Shown: positions 26,201 to 39,289 of the stretch, piece after piece
How positions within the stretch are numbered: position 1 is the first letter of the stretch
Layout of the letters: each line of letters starts with the position of its first letter
Assembly: GCA_026770705.1 (NCBI GenBank)
Contig: JANJGN010000039.1
Span: forward strand, 1,798,001-1,862,000
Direction: 5' to 3'
From: Isurus oxyrinchus
Lineage: Eukaryota
Length of the DNA stretch: 64,000 nucleotides
Made by a program: the position numbers and the translations under genes
Notes under the pieces: generated by a model
Told to the model about the DNA's origin: nothing
The model's database searches: none
Seen by the model: the letters and a program-made list of their open reading frames with translations, nothing else

Positions 26201-27200
26201 CATTTCTTTTTTAGTACTCTTTCATTTGTTTCTTTGTTCCCTCTCTTGTTACTCACCGCTGATGCTCCCAAGACCTCGTCACCATAATAGTCTCCTCCCC
26301 TAACCCTCCCCCACCCATCGGCACCACAGAGAAAATGATTAGCCCTGCAATGAATTGGTTTTCGTCCTGCTTGCGTGCAACTTGTCCAGCTTATACAAAC
26401 CCCATCTTCCGCAGAATGTGTCCCATTCCCTCAGGAATCTAAATCCCTCCCTGCAACACAATTACTCCGTTTGGACATTGAACTGATCTATCCTCCTTTA
26501 CCGATCTCGTTTGCACGTAAAACTGTGTGTTACACTGAGATTACAAACCTTGTTGTTCTGCTTTTTAATTTGTTTACTCAGCTCCCCATAAGTGCCTCCA
26601 GGAACTCATCTCTACCTTAGCCCATGAGGCTGGTACCATGTGGGTCACTACATGTATTTTCCACCCCCCCCCCACCCCGTTCAGAATGTTCTGCAGCAGC
26701 TCAGTGACGTCCTTGCCCCTAGCAGCAAGGATGAAACATCCCACCCAGCAGTAATACCTGCGACCACACAAACGCCTCTCTGTTCACTTTACGATACAAT
26801 ACCCTGGCACTATTGCTCTCTCACCGTTCTTTTTAATCTCCCATTCTCTCACCACACTCTCCCCAAACTCCCCGTGCTGTTGAACCACTCGAGGCGCAAC
26901 GGACTTGGCTCTCGCTGCGTTCCCCTGAGAAACCAACTCGCCAAGCAGTATACACATAGGAAATCTATTACAGTGGTGTTTGGGGCCATTAGCTGCCCAG
27001 TGCTTTTAATCTGCCTGTGGTAAACAATTGCCTTTCTGCCTGTACACACTTTGACTGTGATATGACCATCTCATTGTACGGTTTCCAGGAAGATATCGGC
27101 CTTAAGGATGGTCTGCAGTGACACCAGCCACAGCTGCAGTTTTCGAGTAGCTGTGGCTGGAGACATTTCTGCACACGTGCTCATCACGTGTCCCTATGCA
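23275..27200 (-). mobile_element. Near full-length degraded CR1 LINE (ORF1 Zn/esterase plus ORF2 EN-RT plus 3' UTR)
   Basis: QKCLQPQLLE (ORF1 N-terminus, ~27170), KDVTELLQNILNG..IHVVT (esterase, ~26700), AQI..VISVIETGL (EN, ~26050), DHYVGDPTREQFILDLI (EN, ~25600), LFTLHINDFDEG..SKFADSKTLG (RT, ~24200), 3' tail at ~23280. Confidence 0.9.
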
Positions 27201-27229
27201 CGTTCAGAATGTAATAGAGAATGGTCATA

Positions 27230-27855
27230 GAATGCGATTGTATATTAGTATAGAACTTTGCAATAAATGGAAGGATGTTATGCTTCAGTTATACAGGGCA
27301 CTGGTGAGACCCCATCTCGAACGCTGTGAGCAATTTTGTTCCCCTTACTGAACCAAGGCTTTTATGGATTAGCGGCTGTTCAGAGGAGCTTCCCTAGATT
27401 GGACCCTCGAAAGATTGGGTTGTGTTATGACGGTAGCTTAGAGAGGCTGGGTTTGATTCAGCTGGATTTTGGCAGAGTTAGGGATGATTTTTTTTGAAGT
27501 ATATAAGTTCCTGAACGGGCTTGACAAGTTTGACAGTGAAATAATGTTTAACAGAATTAGTCGGAATTGTTTAAAAATTAGGAACCGCCTTTAGGACAGA
27601 ATGAGGAGGTTGTTTTATCCCTCTCAGAGGTTGTGTGACTCTGGAACTCTCTGCCTCAGAACGCATTGGAGTCGGTCATTGAATGAGTTTAAGGCGAACG
27701 TTAACATTTTTTGTCCGGCAATTGAGACAGAAGTTATCGGGGTCAATGGGAATGTTGAATCATCAATACAAACAGAGCAACCAGGTTATTACTGAAAGGT
27801 GGCGCGGGATCCAGGGGTCCAATGGCCAAATTCTGCTCCACGTTCATGTGTTCTT
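27230..27855 (+). mobile_element. CR1 LINE 3' fragment
   Basis: KDVMLQLYRALVRPHLERCEQF at ~27270-27335 plus a CR1 3' UTR. Confidence 0.85.
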
Positions 27856-27934
27856 TAGATGTGACACTGGTCTCCAACGTCGCATGGCCGGAGGAATCCA
27901 AGTGGCTGATCGGCCCTGCCATAACCTACCCTTA

Positions 27935-28545
27935 AATTTATGCCCGAGGCCTCGCTATTTAATCTGTCCGAAGTATCGCTTTTGAAACTAAATTATGCCT
28001 CGCTGTTTAACCTGTTTGAATTCTCACTCTCCAACATTTTTGAAGCCTCCCTGTTAAACCCATTTGAAGTCGCCCTGTTGCACGTGATTAAAGTCGCCAT
28101 GTTGAACCTGATTGATGTCCCCTATTCAGCATGTTTGCAGTCTCGCTGGTTACCCTGCTTGAAGTCTGCCTTTTTAAAAATGTTTGAAGTGTCCCTATTC
28201 TACCTGCTGCAACTGTTTGACATCTCACCCTTTAAGCAGTCCCGAAGCCTCCCTGTTCAAACGGCCCGAAATCCCTATGTTTAAACTGCCCAAATTCTCA
28301 CTGTTTAACCTGCCCAAAGTCTCTCTGTTTACACTGCCACTTAGACAGGCAGTTTGAAACAACTTAATAATCAACATTTAGCGGTTTGATGTCTGCTTGT
28401 TGAAACTGTCCCGACGCCTCGCTGCTTAAGTTTCCCAGAGTTTCGCTTTTTAATCTATTTGTTGTTTCGCAGTTTAAAACTAATTTAAGTCTCTCTGTTT
28501 AATGGGTTTGAAGTCTCACTGTTTTAACTACGTGAAGCTTCGAGG
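27935..28545 (+). repeat. 24-bp degenerate minisatellite (GAAGTCTCGCTGTTTAACCTGTTT), ~25 copies
   Basis: 8-aa periodicity in ORF 27940 (EASLFNLS/EVSLLKLN/YASLFNLF...). Confidence 0.8.
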
Positions 28546-29469
28546 TGTGAAAAGTTGTTATTTGGTACCGAAGCTATTTTCACTTGTGTGATTGGCGGCC
28601 TGGAATGGCCATGTGCTGGCTATTTTTAGCCATGGATCGAGGGGCAGCCTTCATTTCGGTCCTGCCCGAAAATGGCGAGCGGCTTCAGAGTGCAGGATTC
28701 CTGGCTGCTGCTAAGATGGTGATCGTTCACCAACATGACGTGCTATGCATCGTTCACGCACAGGACAAAACATTGAAGCAGTGAGAATTCTTTCATTTCC
28801 TGTTCCTCTCCTTGTTGACAATGGGGGGCCGCAAAAACAACATTGGGAATCTGGCATTCCGACAAAAGCATAGAACGTCTGAACTTTCATCTTCCTGCTG
28901 GGAGAGAGAAGGATTATTCCCCTCACCCAGCTAGCCGCCATCCAGCATTTCATGTACTGCCATTGATACGTGCAACACGAGACAGCGATAGTTTAATACA
29001 CACAGCAGGAATATTTTATGATATTCAAGTTAAAACCTGCTTCAGTTTTGTTACACCCGATGTACTTGTACATTGGCTTTTGAAATGAAATGAATTAAAT
29101 GATGAAAATTGACTAATTGCAGCAGACAGGATACTTTTTTTTTTACAACCATGATGATTGTCTTTTCCAAACGACTCATCATTCAACAGACTAACACGGG
29201 AAATCGCATGGCAGCACCAAGGGGCTGGTTCAAGAGGCAGCGTCCGGATGAAAACAATTACTCAGGTGTAAAAGTGGGTATTCAGGAAGCGATAGGAGAC
29301 TAAGTAATACAGATGGTTAGTTTCATTGTCTCTTGGAGAGAAAGTAGGAAAGAATACGTAGAGTAGGGAGAGAAAGAGAAAGGCAGTAAGAGAGGCAGGA
29401 CAATTAAAAGTACATCACGTATGAGTATTGCACCAAGATGCACTGCTGAACGTTCAAGTACGTTAATAA

Positions 29470-29900
29470 CAAACATCGATTAAAACCCAAGAGTGCATTC
29501 GGCCCAGCATGTCTGTGCCTGCCCTGAATAAGAGTAACACTCCTCTGCACCTACCCCGCTTTCTCCGGATAGCCGTGCAATTGTTTGCTCTTCAAATAAT
29601 CATCCAAGCATATTTTTGAACGTCTCAATTGAATCTGCTCCCAACACATTATTCGGTGAGCACCCAAGATCCTAACCAATTGCTGCATAATGAAGAACGG
29701 ACGAATGTCACTTTTGTCTCTTATTCCAATTAACCTAAAATTGGCTCTCCATAGTTCCACAAAGAATAACAATTCATCCCCTCTTTTCTGTACAAACTAA
29801 TTATTTTCACCACCTCTTGATCTCCACTTTGACTTCTCTTCTACAGGAAAGACAATCCCAAATTTTGCATTCCAGATACACAAAGGAACTTCTTCATCCC
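29470..29900 (-). mobile_element. CR1 3' end fragment
   Basis: CATTCGGCCCA..GTCTGTGCC tail followed by antisense ORF2 C-terminus. Confidence 0.6.
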
Positions 29901-29959
29901 TGCATCTTTGTTGGCGAACTATTAGCAACTTCCTTCTTCCCTGCACACACTTCCTCCAG

Positions 29960-30330
29960 AAACGCTGGCCTGAACAGGAAAGAATACTCCATTTCAAGAC
30001 GAGCCAAATGCCCATCCAGGCCTATCAATGCTCTTCTACTTTGGACGCTCCCCAAAGCCTCTATAACATCTGCAACATGCTGGTCAAGGTTATTTTGTAA
30101 TTTCTGCGAGAAGTTTGACACGACAACTAAAAACGCATTCTCATTGATTGAACTCCATCCACCAGCTATAAAAAACACTCGGTCCATTATCGGGGCACAT
30201 GGCTTTCCATGTGTGCCATCTGCAGGATATTCTGCAACGAGTTACTAAAAGCTTGACGGTACATTCCAAATGTACAACCTTGTCGGCCTAGAAGAACAAG
30301 GGCAGCATGTACATTGGAAGAATATAGCAA
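29960..30330 (+). mobile_element. L2/CR1-group LINE 3' fragment
   Basis: GTGTGCCATCTGCAGGAT..CCTAGAAGAACAAGGGCAGCA; same family as the 34150-36590 pieces. Confidence 0.55.
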
Positions 30331-31394
30331 ACAGTAGCTCGAGGAAGGCGCTTTGTCCTTTAGAGCCTGCTGCACGAATCCACTGATCTTCAACCTCATA
30401 TTGACCTCTGTGTACAATCATCGTATCTCTCAATTAACATGGTACATGAACAGGCATTGAATATATTCATCGTCTAACTGGCAGAAGTGTATCGCCATTC
30501 TATCATCGTCATATAAATCGATCTATCTCCCTTTCGAATTTCCCAGATACGGCAACTACCCGAAAAGGACCAATTACCGTGAAATGTTGTGAATTTAAGA
30601 CATGGTGTTGATTTTGCAACTGGGCGACTTTCAAAGTTCCCAGTAAGTTTATGTTTGTCAAATTCTCATTCTGATCTTGCGGATGTTCAATTCCCATTTA
30701 TTTTTTGAATGGAGTAAATAAGCATAATAATAAATTCTGTGGTCTCATTATTAGCACAATGGCTTTAAAAATCTGTCTGCAGTATTCACTGAAGGGCAAT
30801 CTGGTTTTCAGATATTTTGATTAATTGAATTGTAATTCGAAATCCAAAAAAAAATCAACCTTTATTATTCACAAGTTTTTTTTTTCTCTCAGGGTGACAA
30901 CTGTGTAGCTTAAAGGTTCAATGCTTCTTCAGTTGTGTTGCTACGATCAATAGATTTCCCATGAGTCGCACAAAGTTCATATGTACGAACAGCAAGTCAA
31001 CTAGAATGATGTGTTTCTTTTTCCAAAGGAATACGGTAGAGAAATGGTGATCTTTTAGGACAATTATACTGACAATTATTGCAGAGGCCACATCTAAGAT
31101 ACTGTGTATAGTTTTGATCTCCAACTTTAAGTAATTATTACAATTCATTAGAATCAGTTCAGATAGCGTTCACGCTGCGGATGCCTGGAAGCGGAGTTGG
31201 TGGTGGGTGGTGGTGGTTGTCGTGTAATCTTATTTGAAAGATTGGACAGCCAGTGCCCATTGAAATTTGGAAAATCAAACATTGCCCTAATGAAACAGGT
31301 AGGATCCTGAAGAATTTTACATCCTGGATGTAAACAGTATGTTTCTCTTGTGGGTGAGTTTGGAACAAAGCGAACACATTTTTCTACTTTTCGG

Positions 31395-31670
31395 TCTCCC
31401 GTTTAAAACAGAGATGGGAAGGTTTTTATTTCACTCAGAAGGTTGAATGGCTTTGGAACTCTCTTCTCCGGAGAGTGGTTGGCTCAGGCTGATGGAATAT
31501 TTTTCAGGCAGGGGTAGTCAGTCTCTTGAGAACCAACGATGTGAAACGTAATCAGAGTTGGACGGAATGTGGAATTGAGGCCACAATGAGATGAGCCACA
31601 ATGGAATTTAATGGCGGACATGACTCGAGGAGCCGAATTCTCTCGGCCTGCTCGGGATTTCTTTGTTTGT
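31395..31670 (+). mobile_element. CR1 3' end fragment
   Basis: TTTAAAACAGAGATG..CTCAGA..TTTGGAACTCTCT..AATGGCGGA..CTCGAGGAGCCGAAT..CCTGCTC. Confidence 0.75.
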
Positions 31671-31779
31671 GTTTTTCCAATACCATGTGCAGCTGTGTCT
31701 CCCATTGAATGCTAGAATCCCTGATCCTTGCATTTAAAGTATGGTTTCCTCATGCATGAATTCAGTTTTCCCTCGTACC

Positions 31780-32040
31780 TAAACCAGATCCGCGTGTCCC
31801 AACACCCCACCCTCCTGGAGATTCTGAAATCTGCGTTCTTTCTCTTCCTCCAAGCTCGATAACTCACTGGCACTCTGCCCAGCTCCATCTGTCCCACCCC
31901 CTCTAACAGCTTATATTTCAGCACATTTCTATTGTTTTACTCCTGACGAAGAGTCATGCGGACTCGAAACGTTAACTCTGTCTTCCTTTCCACAGATGCC
32001 TTCAGACTTGCTGATTCTTTCCAGCTATTATTGTTCTTGT
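31780..32040 (+). mobile_element. Penelope-like element tail with minimal hammerhead motif
   Basis: CTGACGA-A-GAGTC-ATGCG-GACTC-GAAAC-GTT at 31943-31973, then CCACAGATGC..AGAC.TGCTGA..TTTCCAGC. Confidence 0.7.
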
Positions 32041-32196
32041 TCGATCACTCACTGGTTCGGATTCCGACTTCCGCTTCTAAATCCATCCGAAAAGTGAAAT
32101 TGCCAGACGTGGCTGTCCGGCTTTTCCCGTTTTCTAACACCCGCGGTTGACACTTTAAAACCAATGGACTAAAAAACTTCTACCTGCTACTGTCCC

Positions 32197-32830
32197 ATGG
32201 CATCCCAATATATAGTTTGGATCAAAATTTCACTTGCATCGTTATATCCACGTTCAGCTGATTCGGGCATTGAGCACAACGCCCTCACTCAGCACTTCCA
32301 GTGGATTGTATACAGACATTGTTTACTTCATTTTTGCAATTGCCCCGGGGCATTGTTGATAAAGGTATTTCGATACATTTTTGTGACTGAATGTTTTGCC
32401 CAGGTCATTTATCAGTTTAGATATTTAATGCAACAAAGAGCTGGGATTTTAGCCCAGTTCACGGCACACTGTTCCCTTGTCTCCATATCTGTTGAATCAC
32501 TTTTGGGTATTTTCTTCCTGCTTTTGTCTGCTCCAGGTAAATTTCGGGAGCTTTTGTTCCTGAAGCGATGAAAGAGTTCAACCTCAAAATGTGTTTTTTG
32601 CTACTTGGAGTGAATGGCAGACACCAAATTCCTTGTCGTTATCACAGATCCAATATTAGGAGGGAGTTGTCAGGAGGAACTCCCAGTTTTATTTATGTAC
32701 AATAGTCGGATGTTTAAGTGCACTGTGGTTCCTAAATTTTCAACAAAAATCACCTCGTTCTGCTTCACTGTCACCTTTATCTATGGTCCTTTAGAGGATA
32801 TTTCTTGCAAGAAGCACATGCATTTATTCA
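32197..32830 (+). pseudogene. GPR139/142-like GPCR pseudogene 1 (putative exon 1 ~32197-32275; exon 2 from 32537, TM1-TM3, truncated)
   Basis: After CCAG| it reads KFRELLFLKR*KSSTSKCVFCYLE*MADTKFLVVITDPIL..FCFTVTF..ISC, colinear with NLVTIVILRRRRCGLSNCVTRYLEAMAVADLLVIILDLIL..WFTVTFTLDRFVAICC of the intact gene; two in-frame TGA; LYPRSADSGI resembles YFPILALVGV. Confidence 0.7.
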
Positions 32831-32845
32831 TGCCATTTCCATGTT

Positions 32846-32872
32846 AATCTATCTATCTATTTATTTATCTAT

Positions 32873-32904
<32 letters not shown>

Positions 32905-33056
32905 CTATCTGTATATATATATGTGTGTGTATCCATCTATCCAGCCATCACTCTCACTCATTCTCTAACTCGCTTGCTGTATAACTCTCTCGTGCTCTCA
33001 TTCTCTATCACCCTTGCTCTCTGTGCATCGCTCTCTCTCCCGCTCGCTATTTCTCA
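32846..33056 (+). repeat. (TATC)n/(TA)/(TC)-rich microsatellite
   Basis: Direct reading; begins just after the recognisable part of pseudogene 1. Confidence 0.85.
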
Positions 33057-33865
33057 TTTTAGTTAATCCGTTCAATGTTAAGTCCTCTATTTGTCTAGCC
33101 ATCTGTCCATCTATCAGCCTGTAGGTCTGCCTGTCTAACGATGTTGATGATTGGTTTTCACAACGCTATCACAGATGAGTGTCCAAGCAATATAAAAGTG
33201 TCAGCGTGGTACCTTGCGTGAGGTTACACCAATTCTATGTTTGCATTACCGATTGCAAAATTTGCATATCAAACTTGTACTAGCGGGATAATTAAACTTT
33301 GTCCGCGCACGCTTTGCTTGAAGGGTTTTTTATCCTCTTCTCCTCAAGTTTTGAAATCATTGGTTGATTTCTTAATTTGTCTGTGCCCAAGGTTTGCATA
33401 CATTTTCACGTTTATATTTTTAAATGTGTTCTTCAATTGCTGGGGGTTTCTTTTTTTGGCCCACAAGATATCGCACGTTGCATTGCCAGAGGAATCCACG
33501 GGCAAATCTGGGCAGGGTATCTGTTCTCTCTAGAAGCTTGATTGTCACAGACAAGCATCCCACATGTGCCCTGTTTGGACATGGAGTGCGCCCGGAAACA
33601 GAAAACGGTGGCAAACAACTGTGCTTTCCACATTACTTCCCCTGGCGCTTCAGGCCTTTTCATTTACATATATATACTTTGATCTAAATTGATAAAAGTT
33701 TATTTCTCAGCATCAATTTCTGGGACAATCGTTCACCATCCCCTGTAGTATTCACCTGTTGCTCAGGTATATACACCCCGGAATTGTCTTGACAGCAGAC
33801 GTAATTCCTTTTTTTTGGCGTTTCAGTTTGAAAATTTTTCTCTCATAAGGAGAGCGACTGAAAGA

Positions 33866-33952
33866 ATCTGTTTGTTGAATGACGGAAACTAATTTATTTA
33901 TTCAGGTAGTATGAATGCGTTAATGGAGATTTATCTGCTATATAAATAGGAG
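33866..33952 (+). promoter_or_regulatory. Decayed paralogue of the GPCR proximal promoter with TATA box
   Basis: TTTGTT..AA.TAA.TT..TG.GT.A.TGGAG..TGCTATATAAATAGG aligns by eye to the reverse complement of 52245-52330; CACCATG at 34101-34107 follows. Confidence 0.5.
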
Positions 33953-34149
33953 TTTCTCTGAAAGTATCATCTCATGATTTCCAGCAGGCTCAGTATAACT
34001 GCTTCAGCAGCAGTTTCTTAGTGCTTATCACAGTGACTAGAATTTGTGATGCTTCATCATTTGCTGACCATTTACAAAACTGTTGCAGAATCTCTCGTGG
34101 CACCATGTACGTGGATTCACATATTCTCAGGCAAACAATATACACTGCT

Positions 34150-36290
34150 GATTTCCTTCCATTCAGGGGATATGGGCAACGTTAGCTAAGCCAGCAGTTA
34201 TTGCTTTCCGCAATTGTCCTTCAGAATTTCGTGGTGAGCTCACTTTTCCAGCTGCTGCTGCCTGTGTGGTGTAGGTTGTTTTAGATGTTCATGCACTTTG
34301 ACTGGTGAATGCCCAATTTTGAGTTGTTGAACACGTTGACATTTACCTCATTTAGCGGAATGTTTCTGCCACACAACGCGTTGGAGGGAATCCCCAAGTG
34401 AAGGCGGATTTTGTGTGCTCAGAGACTGTGTGAGGGTCAATACTATCAATACTGCCATGAGCATATCCACGTGGGTAGGTTATGGGGCGAGTTCAGTTTT
34501 GTTTTTCGATCTTGTTAATTTCCTGACCACATGCAAAAGACCCAGTCAAGCAGTTTTCTTTATCATGCGGCCAGCTCGGCCATTAGTAGTGCTAGAGATT
34601 CTCTCTTGATCATAGACACGGAAGCCCCCTACATGGAGTATATTTTTTATTGCCATCCCAAAATCTTCCTCGACTGATGATCACTCATTCATCATCTGAG
34701 GCGAACGATAGGGTTTAATCAGCAGTGGACTTTCCTTGCCCAAGTAATACCTGATCCCTTGAGATTTCATTGAATTTCCAATTACTTTTAAGGCTGTTTC
34801 AGATGCGTCACATTGAACATAAAAGTTTTGCAGCAATGGCATTTAAGAAAGCAACAAAAAATGTGCGATGGCTCGAAATGTGATTGAGAATTTAGTTTTT
34901 AGATAGGATTATTTAACTGACAGGTTGGCTTATGATGGAGCTGAGCTTTGAAAGCAATAAGAACAATTAATCTACAAAAGATAAACTGCTTGAATCGTTA
35001 AGGTAGCGGAACTGCTGTCAATCAAGCAGGGTTCTTTGTCCTAGATTAATTCAATATTTATGAATGTTATTGGGACATAACTCAACCAGACAAGTGTAGT
35101 ATTTTCCAATCACACTCTTGATTTGCGCCTTGTAGAAGAGAGACGGGCTAAATGACAAGGGTGTTTGTTGGATAATTATTTACTGTCGATGATCATTTAC
35201 TGTCGCCGGTGTGTGGTGAATATAACTTGTCAGTTTTCAGCACAGTTCTGGGTGTTGCCCAGGTGCTGTTAGTTACACATAGGCAAAGATTTCTTCAGCA
35301 TCTGTTGAGTCGCAACTTTTGCTTAATTTTTCGCAAATATGAGTGGATGCTATCTCCACCCCCCCGCTCCCCAAACCCAAACCATTTCTGAGCACATGAT
35401 GGAGAGAGATTCATTGATGAAGTGGATTAAGATGGTTTCGCCCGGACTATGACCTCAGCATCTCCTGCAGTGATATCAAGAGGCTGAGGTGGGTGACTTG
35501 CAAAAATAAAAATCCTTTGTGATCGGCATGACTCCAATCAGTAGAGACTCCCCCCAGCCCCTTACATGTATTGACTCAAATTCCGCTTCCGATCCCTGCT
35601 ACCATAAAATGACAAATGTTGTATTGATATGAAGCACACTCGCTCTCGCATCACATCATGAGTTCAGCACCAATGTCCATGTCTGTATCAAATCTGATCG
35701 AAGAGCTGCAGCTCAGTCACAACACGTAATGAGCGTCAATGAACAGCTTATGTCTTTTCGCGTAAAGGCCGGTATTTTAGCTGTACTATTACAACGTGGC
35801 TAGGAAAGATTTTTCAGGGACACTGATCTCCAATCCAATTGGTGAAATCTGACAGGACCCATGTCCTCTTCATCATCCAGCCCCTTCAGTTGTTTCTTCA
35901 TATCACGCTATGTGAATCACATAGGCTGAAGACTGGCCCCTGTGATGATGCCATCTTCAGAATGAGGCCGGAATGACCCATCTACTCCTCACTTCATCCT
36001 GAATGTGGCTGCAAATTCTTTAGCCATTTTTTAGCACTGATGTGCTGAGCTCCACAATCATTGGCGATGATGATATGGGAGGAGTGTTCTCTGCAATTGA
36101 GTTTTTGAAATATGCAACAACATTTAAGACAGCATGTGACAGGAATTGACGGCTGATATTTGCTTATTTGTTTGTGGGACCAATTAGCACTTTCTGTTGT
36201 GCGCTGCTTCCGCTGTTTTTGGCAAGCAAGTAGACTTAACTTGCAGCTTCATCAGGTTGAAACCTCGTTATTATCTGGGAATGGTGCCGC
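34150..36290 (-). mobile_element. Fragmented L2/CR1-group LINE (antisense)
   Basis: 34155-34270 is the reverse complement of the GCAATAA.TGCTGGC..CCCA.ATCCC.TGAATG tail; degraded ORF2 pieces to ~36290 with an unrelated gap at ~34780-35000. Confidence 0.65.
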
Positions 36291-36319
36291 TCCAGAGATA
36301 TTACGTATGTCGGCAAATA

Positions 36320-36590
36320 TCCTTCTCCAGTATCCTCGAACAATTGACCTCGAACACCTGGAAGGGCAAGAACATAGGGACAATATAAATTTCACATTCC
36401 TTTCCAAGTCACAAACTAAAATGACAAGGAATAATTCACCGTTAGTTGAGTGACATTGCATCAAAAACCTGGAACTCATTCTTCGAGCACTGTGTGTCGA
36501 TTTGCCTCACTTCAGCTGCAACACTATAAAACCATTCCCTTCAAGAAGAAATAGAGAAAACGGAATAAAGACTGATCTTGTCAATATACC
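36320..36590 (+). mobile_element. Same LINE family, 3' fragment (sense)
   Basis: CACCTGGAAGGGCAAG..TCCAAGTCACA..AAAACCTGGAACTC..AGCACTGTG. Confidence 0.55.
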
Positions 36591-39289
36591 GCATGGAATG
36601 GAAATGCCGCATCATGCTGAATCTATGAATAATGCGTCCTTCTGCATTGAAATGATGACCCTAGCTGACTCCTTTGTTCCGAATAGATTGAGACTAATCT
36701 TACATGCTTAAGTTATTTTAAGTAGTATCCAGTACCCTGGTCGCGAACTGAGAACATACACCTTCAAGTCACTCTTGAATATCCAAGTTTGTACACAAAA
36801 GGCTTGGCTGAAAATGTTGCCTACAAACAACCGTGCCTAACATCTTGCAACACCCCCTCCACACCCTTGACCCCCGACCCCTACCGACTTTCTATTCACA
36901 GCATTGAATGCGTCCCCATCACGTCAAGGATTGCACTTCCGATTGGATGCCGACACAGTTTTGAATCTCCCATTGCCTCCTGCCCGTTGCCATGGTCACA
37001 TTGCTGTTGGATTGATGTCGGATTTCGGCTCGTGGACAAAACCCCATCGCTCTCTGTTTGATCAGTCTAGGATCATGGGCCAAAGAGGATCATGAGCCAA
37101 AGTGCACTGTACCTGGTCTCAGTTTCTTTTCCCAACTGCAAATTATTAAGGTGTCAGGAAGAGATTGTTGTTGCTTAAAATAATGGATAATTACACAGTA
37201 TATACATATTTTAATTTCTCTATTTAATTTAGCAGGAACGCGCCTGGATATATTTTCATTGTCTGTATTCTTAATTTGATAGATACAATAATGGATCATT
37301 GTTTGCATTGTTCAATATTTCTTTCAGTTGATAATTTACCGATTCATTTTTTTGATATTTCAACGTTTAATTCGGAAATAAAACAGAAAATATATTGTTA
37401 ATTTATTGATTTATTTTATATAATTAGTCTTTTCAAACTTCGGCTACATCAACATGTAACTGTGAAAAATATTGTTTTTTTAACGAGTTTCCCTATTGGC
37501 AGTGATGGCCAAGACAGTTTGAGTGCTGATATTTTTATTAAACATCTTTGCATATTTCATGAAAGCGAATTGATAATATGGAAATGACAAATTAAATCTC
37601 AGTGTAAATGCATGATGTTGTAGGGATGTAAATAGTGGCTTTGCTCAGCTAACACCTGGATAGTAAAAGGGCAAATGAAGGCCGACTTTCATTTCTGTCG
37701 GACTTTGGTTGTTTCTTATGGATTTTGATTTTCTAATACATGCATCATTTCCAGTGCAGCCTAAGGGTCATCAGAAAATCCCTACTCAGTTTATGCACAT
37801 TATGTGACCCTGCAAGGTTGTTATGATTGGTCTGATGGGATCTGCCACAGCCAATCAATATTGGATGCTTGCAATCGCTATTCAAAATTGTGAATGAGAG
37901 TTAGCTTATCAACTCACAAGCTGATCCAGAAATGTAAACCGCTCTTTATCCTTATTCGAATTATTCTCCTTAATGTTTTCAAAGTTCGTCAAAATCGTTA
38001 ATCAACAACTTGCCTAAATAATGTGATTCAAATTATTGACTCACCAACCAATCAACATACAATGCCACATTGCATTGTTGTTTTCCTAAGTGCCAGTCTG
38101 CAACACCTATGCATCACTGTGCAGCATTTTCTATAACCTTAAAAGATCTTCATACTTCAATGAACGCTCGATTGTGAAAATGTGAATTTTCCATTTCTAA
38201 TCTGTTCCTCTCCAGCCTCACTGGAGATTTCAGTCGGAAAGCTGTTCTGAACCCTTATCTGATCCATGATAGGCTATTGCAACCAGGACTACACACCCAA
38301 AGTAATTTAAGGATATGCATTTAGTCTAGTGTTATGTAATTAATTTTGAAATGCACAAAATGATTTGATAAACGTTTGAATTAAGAAGTTACATTTCTGG
38401 CAGCATCAAATTGGTCCCTTCAGATTCACTGAGTAATGCTACCCCTCGAAATGCAAACGGATGTTATTTAAGTAAGCAACATGACTTATATGATGCAGCC
38501 AGGATCATCCAAGAATCAGAACAATTTCGCTTCATTTATACTGATGAGTGAATATAATCAGTCTTTAATATGAATGCTTTTACTGGAAACTTCCACATAA
38601 TAACAAAGCATTGAATGAATTCACTAAAAAGTTCCTGCTTTTTGAAAGAAAATTAAATATGGATCTACCAAACAATTCTAAAATGCACTGGTATTCTGTT
38701 CCGGACAAATGTACAATAAAATTTGATTAAAAATCATTACTTTAGAAATGGATTTTTTCTATATCCTCAGGAAATCCACAAATCGCAAGCTAATTTTTCC
38801 AATCATGTCTTAGCTATTTCAAGTACTTTACCAACACAAGTCGATGTGCAAATCACGGTCAATTTCTCTCTGGGTTTTCTACATTTGGTGTCCAGCAGGT
38901 ATCAGTGTTCAATTTTTCATTTCTAAACGTTTCACAAGGATGCAGCTTCTGAGATGAAAATGATTCTTTTCTGCCCTTTCAGAAACTAAGTGTTTTGTAC
39001 TTCACCCGGTCAAAAAAGGGACCTCTCTCCTGTGCCCTCAGCTGGAAAACTCTGAGTTAAATCGCAGTCGAATAATATTTCTGAATTGCTCATTCACCAT
39101 GTTTTGGTTATCGATCTAATTCCCATTCCCCCTGCATTTTACCATATCTATTCAATGTGCTTTAAAACTGGCCTGCCTAGAAAAAAACGTGGCCATGCAC
39201 AAAACTAACTCTGCCCTGAAACTGCCAATAAATATTCCCCGAGCAATATAATCAGTCTGCCTGACAATATCGCTTTTCTCCCATTTGCA

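Noticed and set aside
30915-31000. MLLQLCC resembling the TM7 motif MLQLLSCC
   Set aside because: Match is too short and the adjacent sequence looks CR1-derived.
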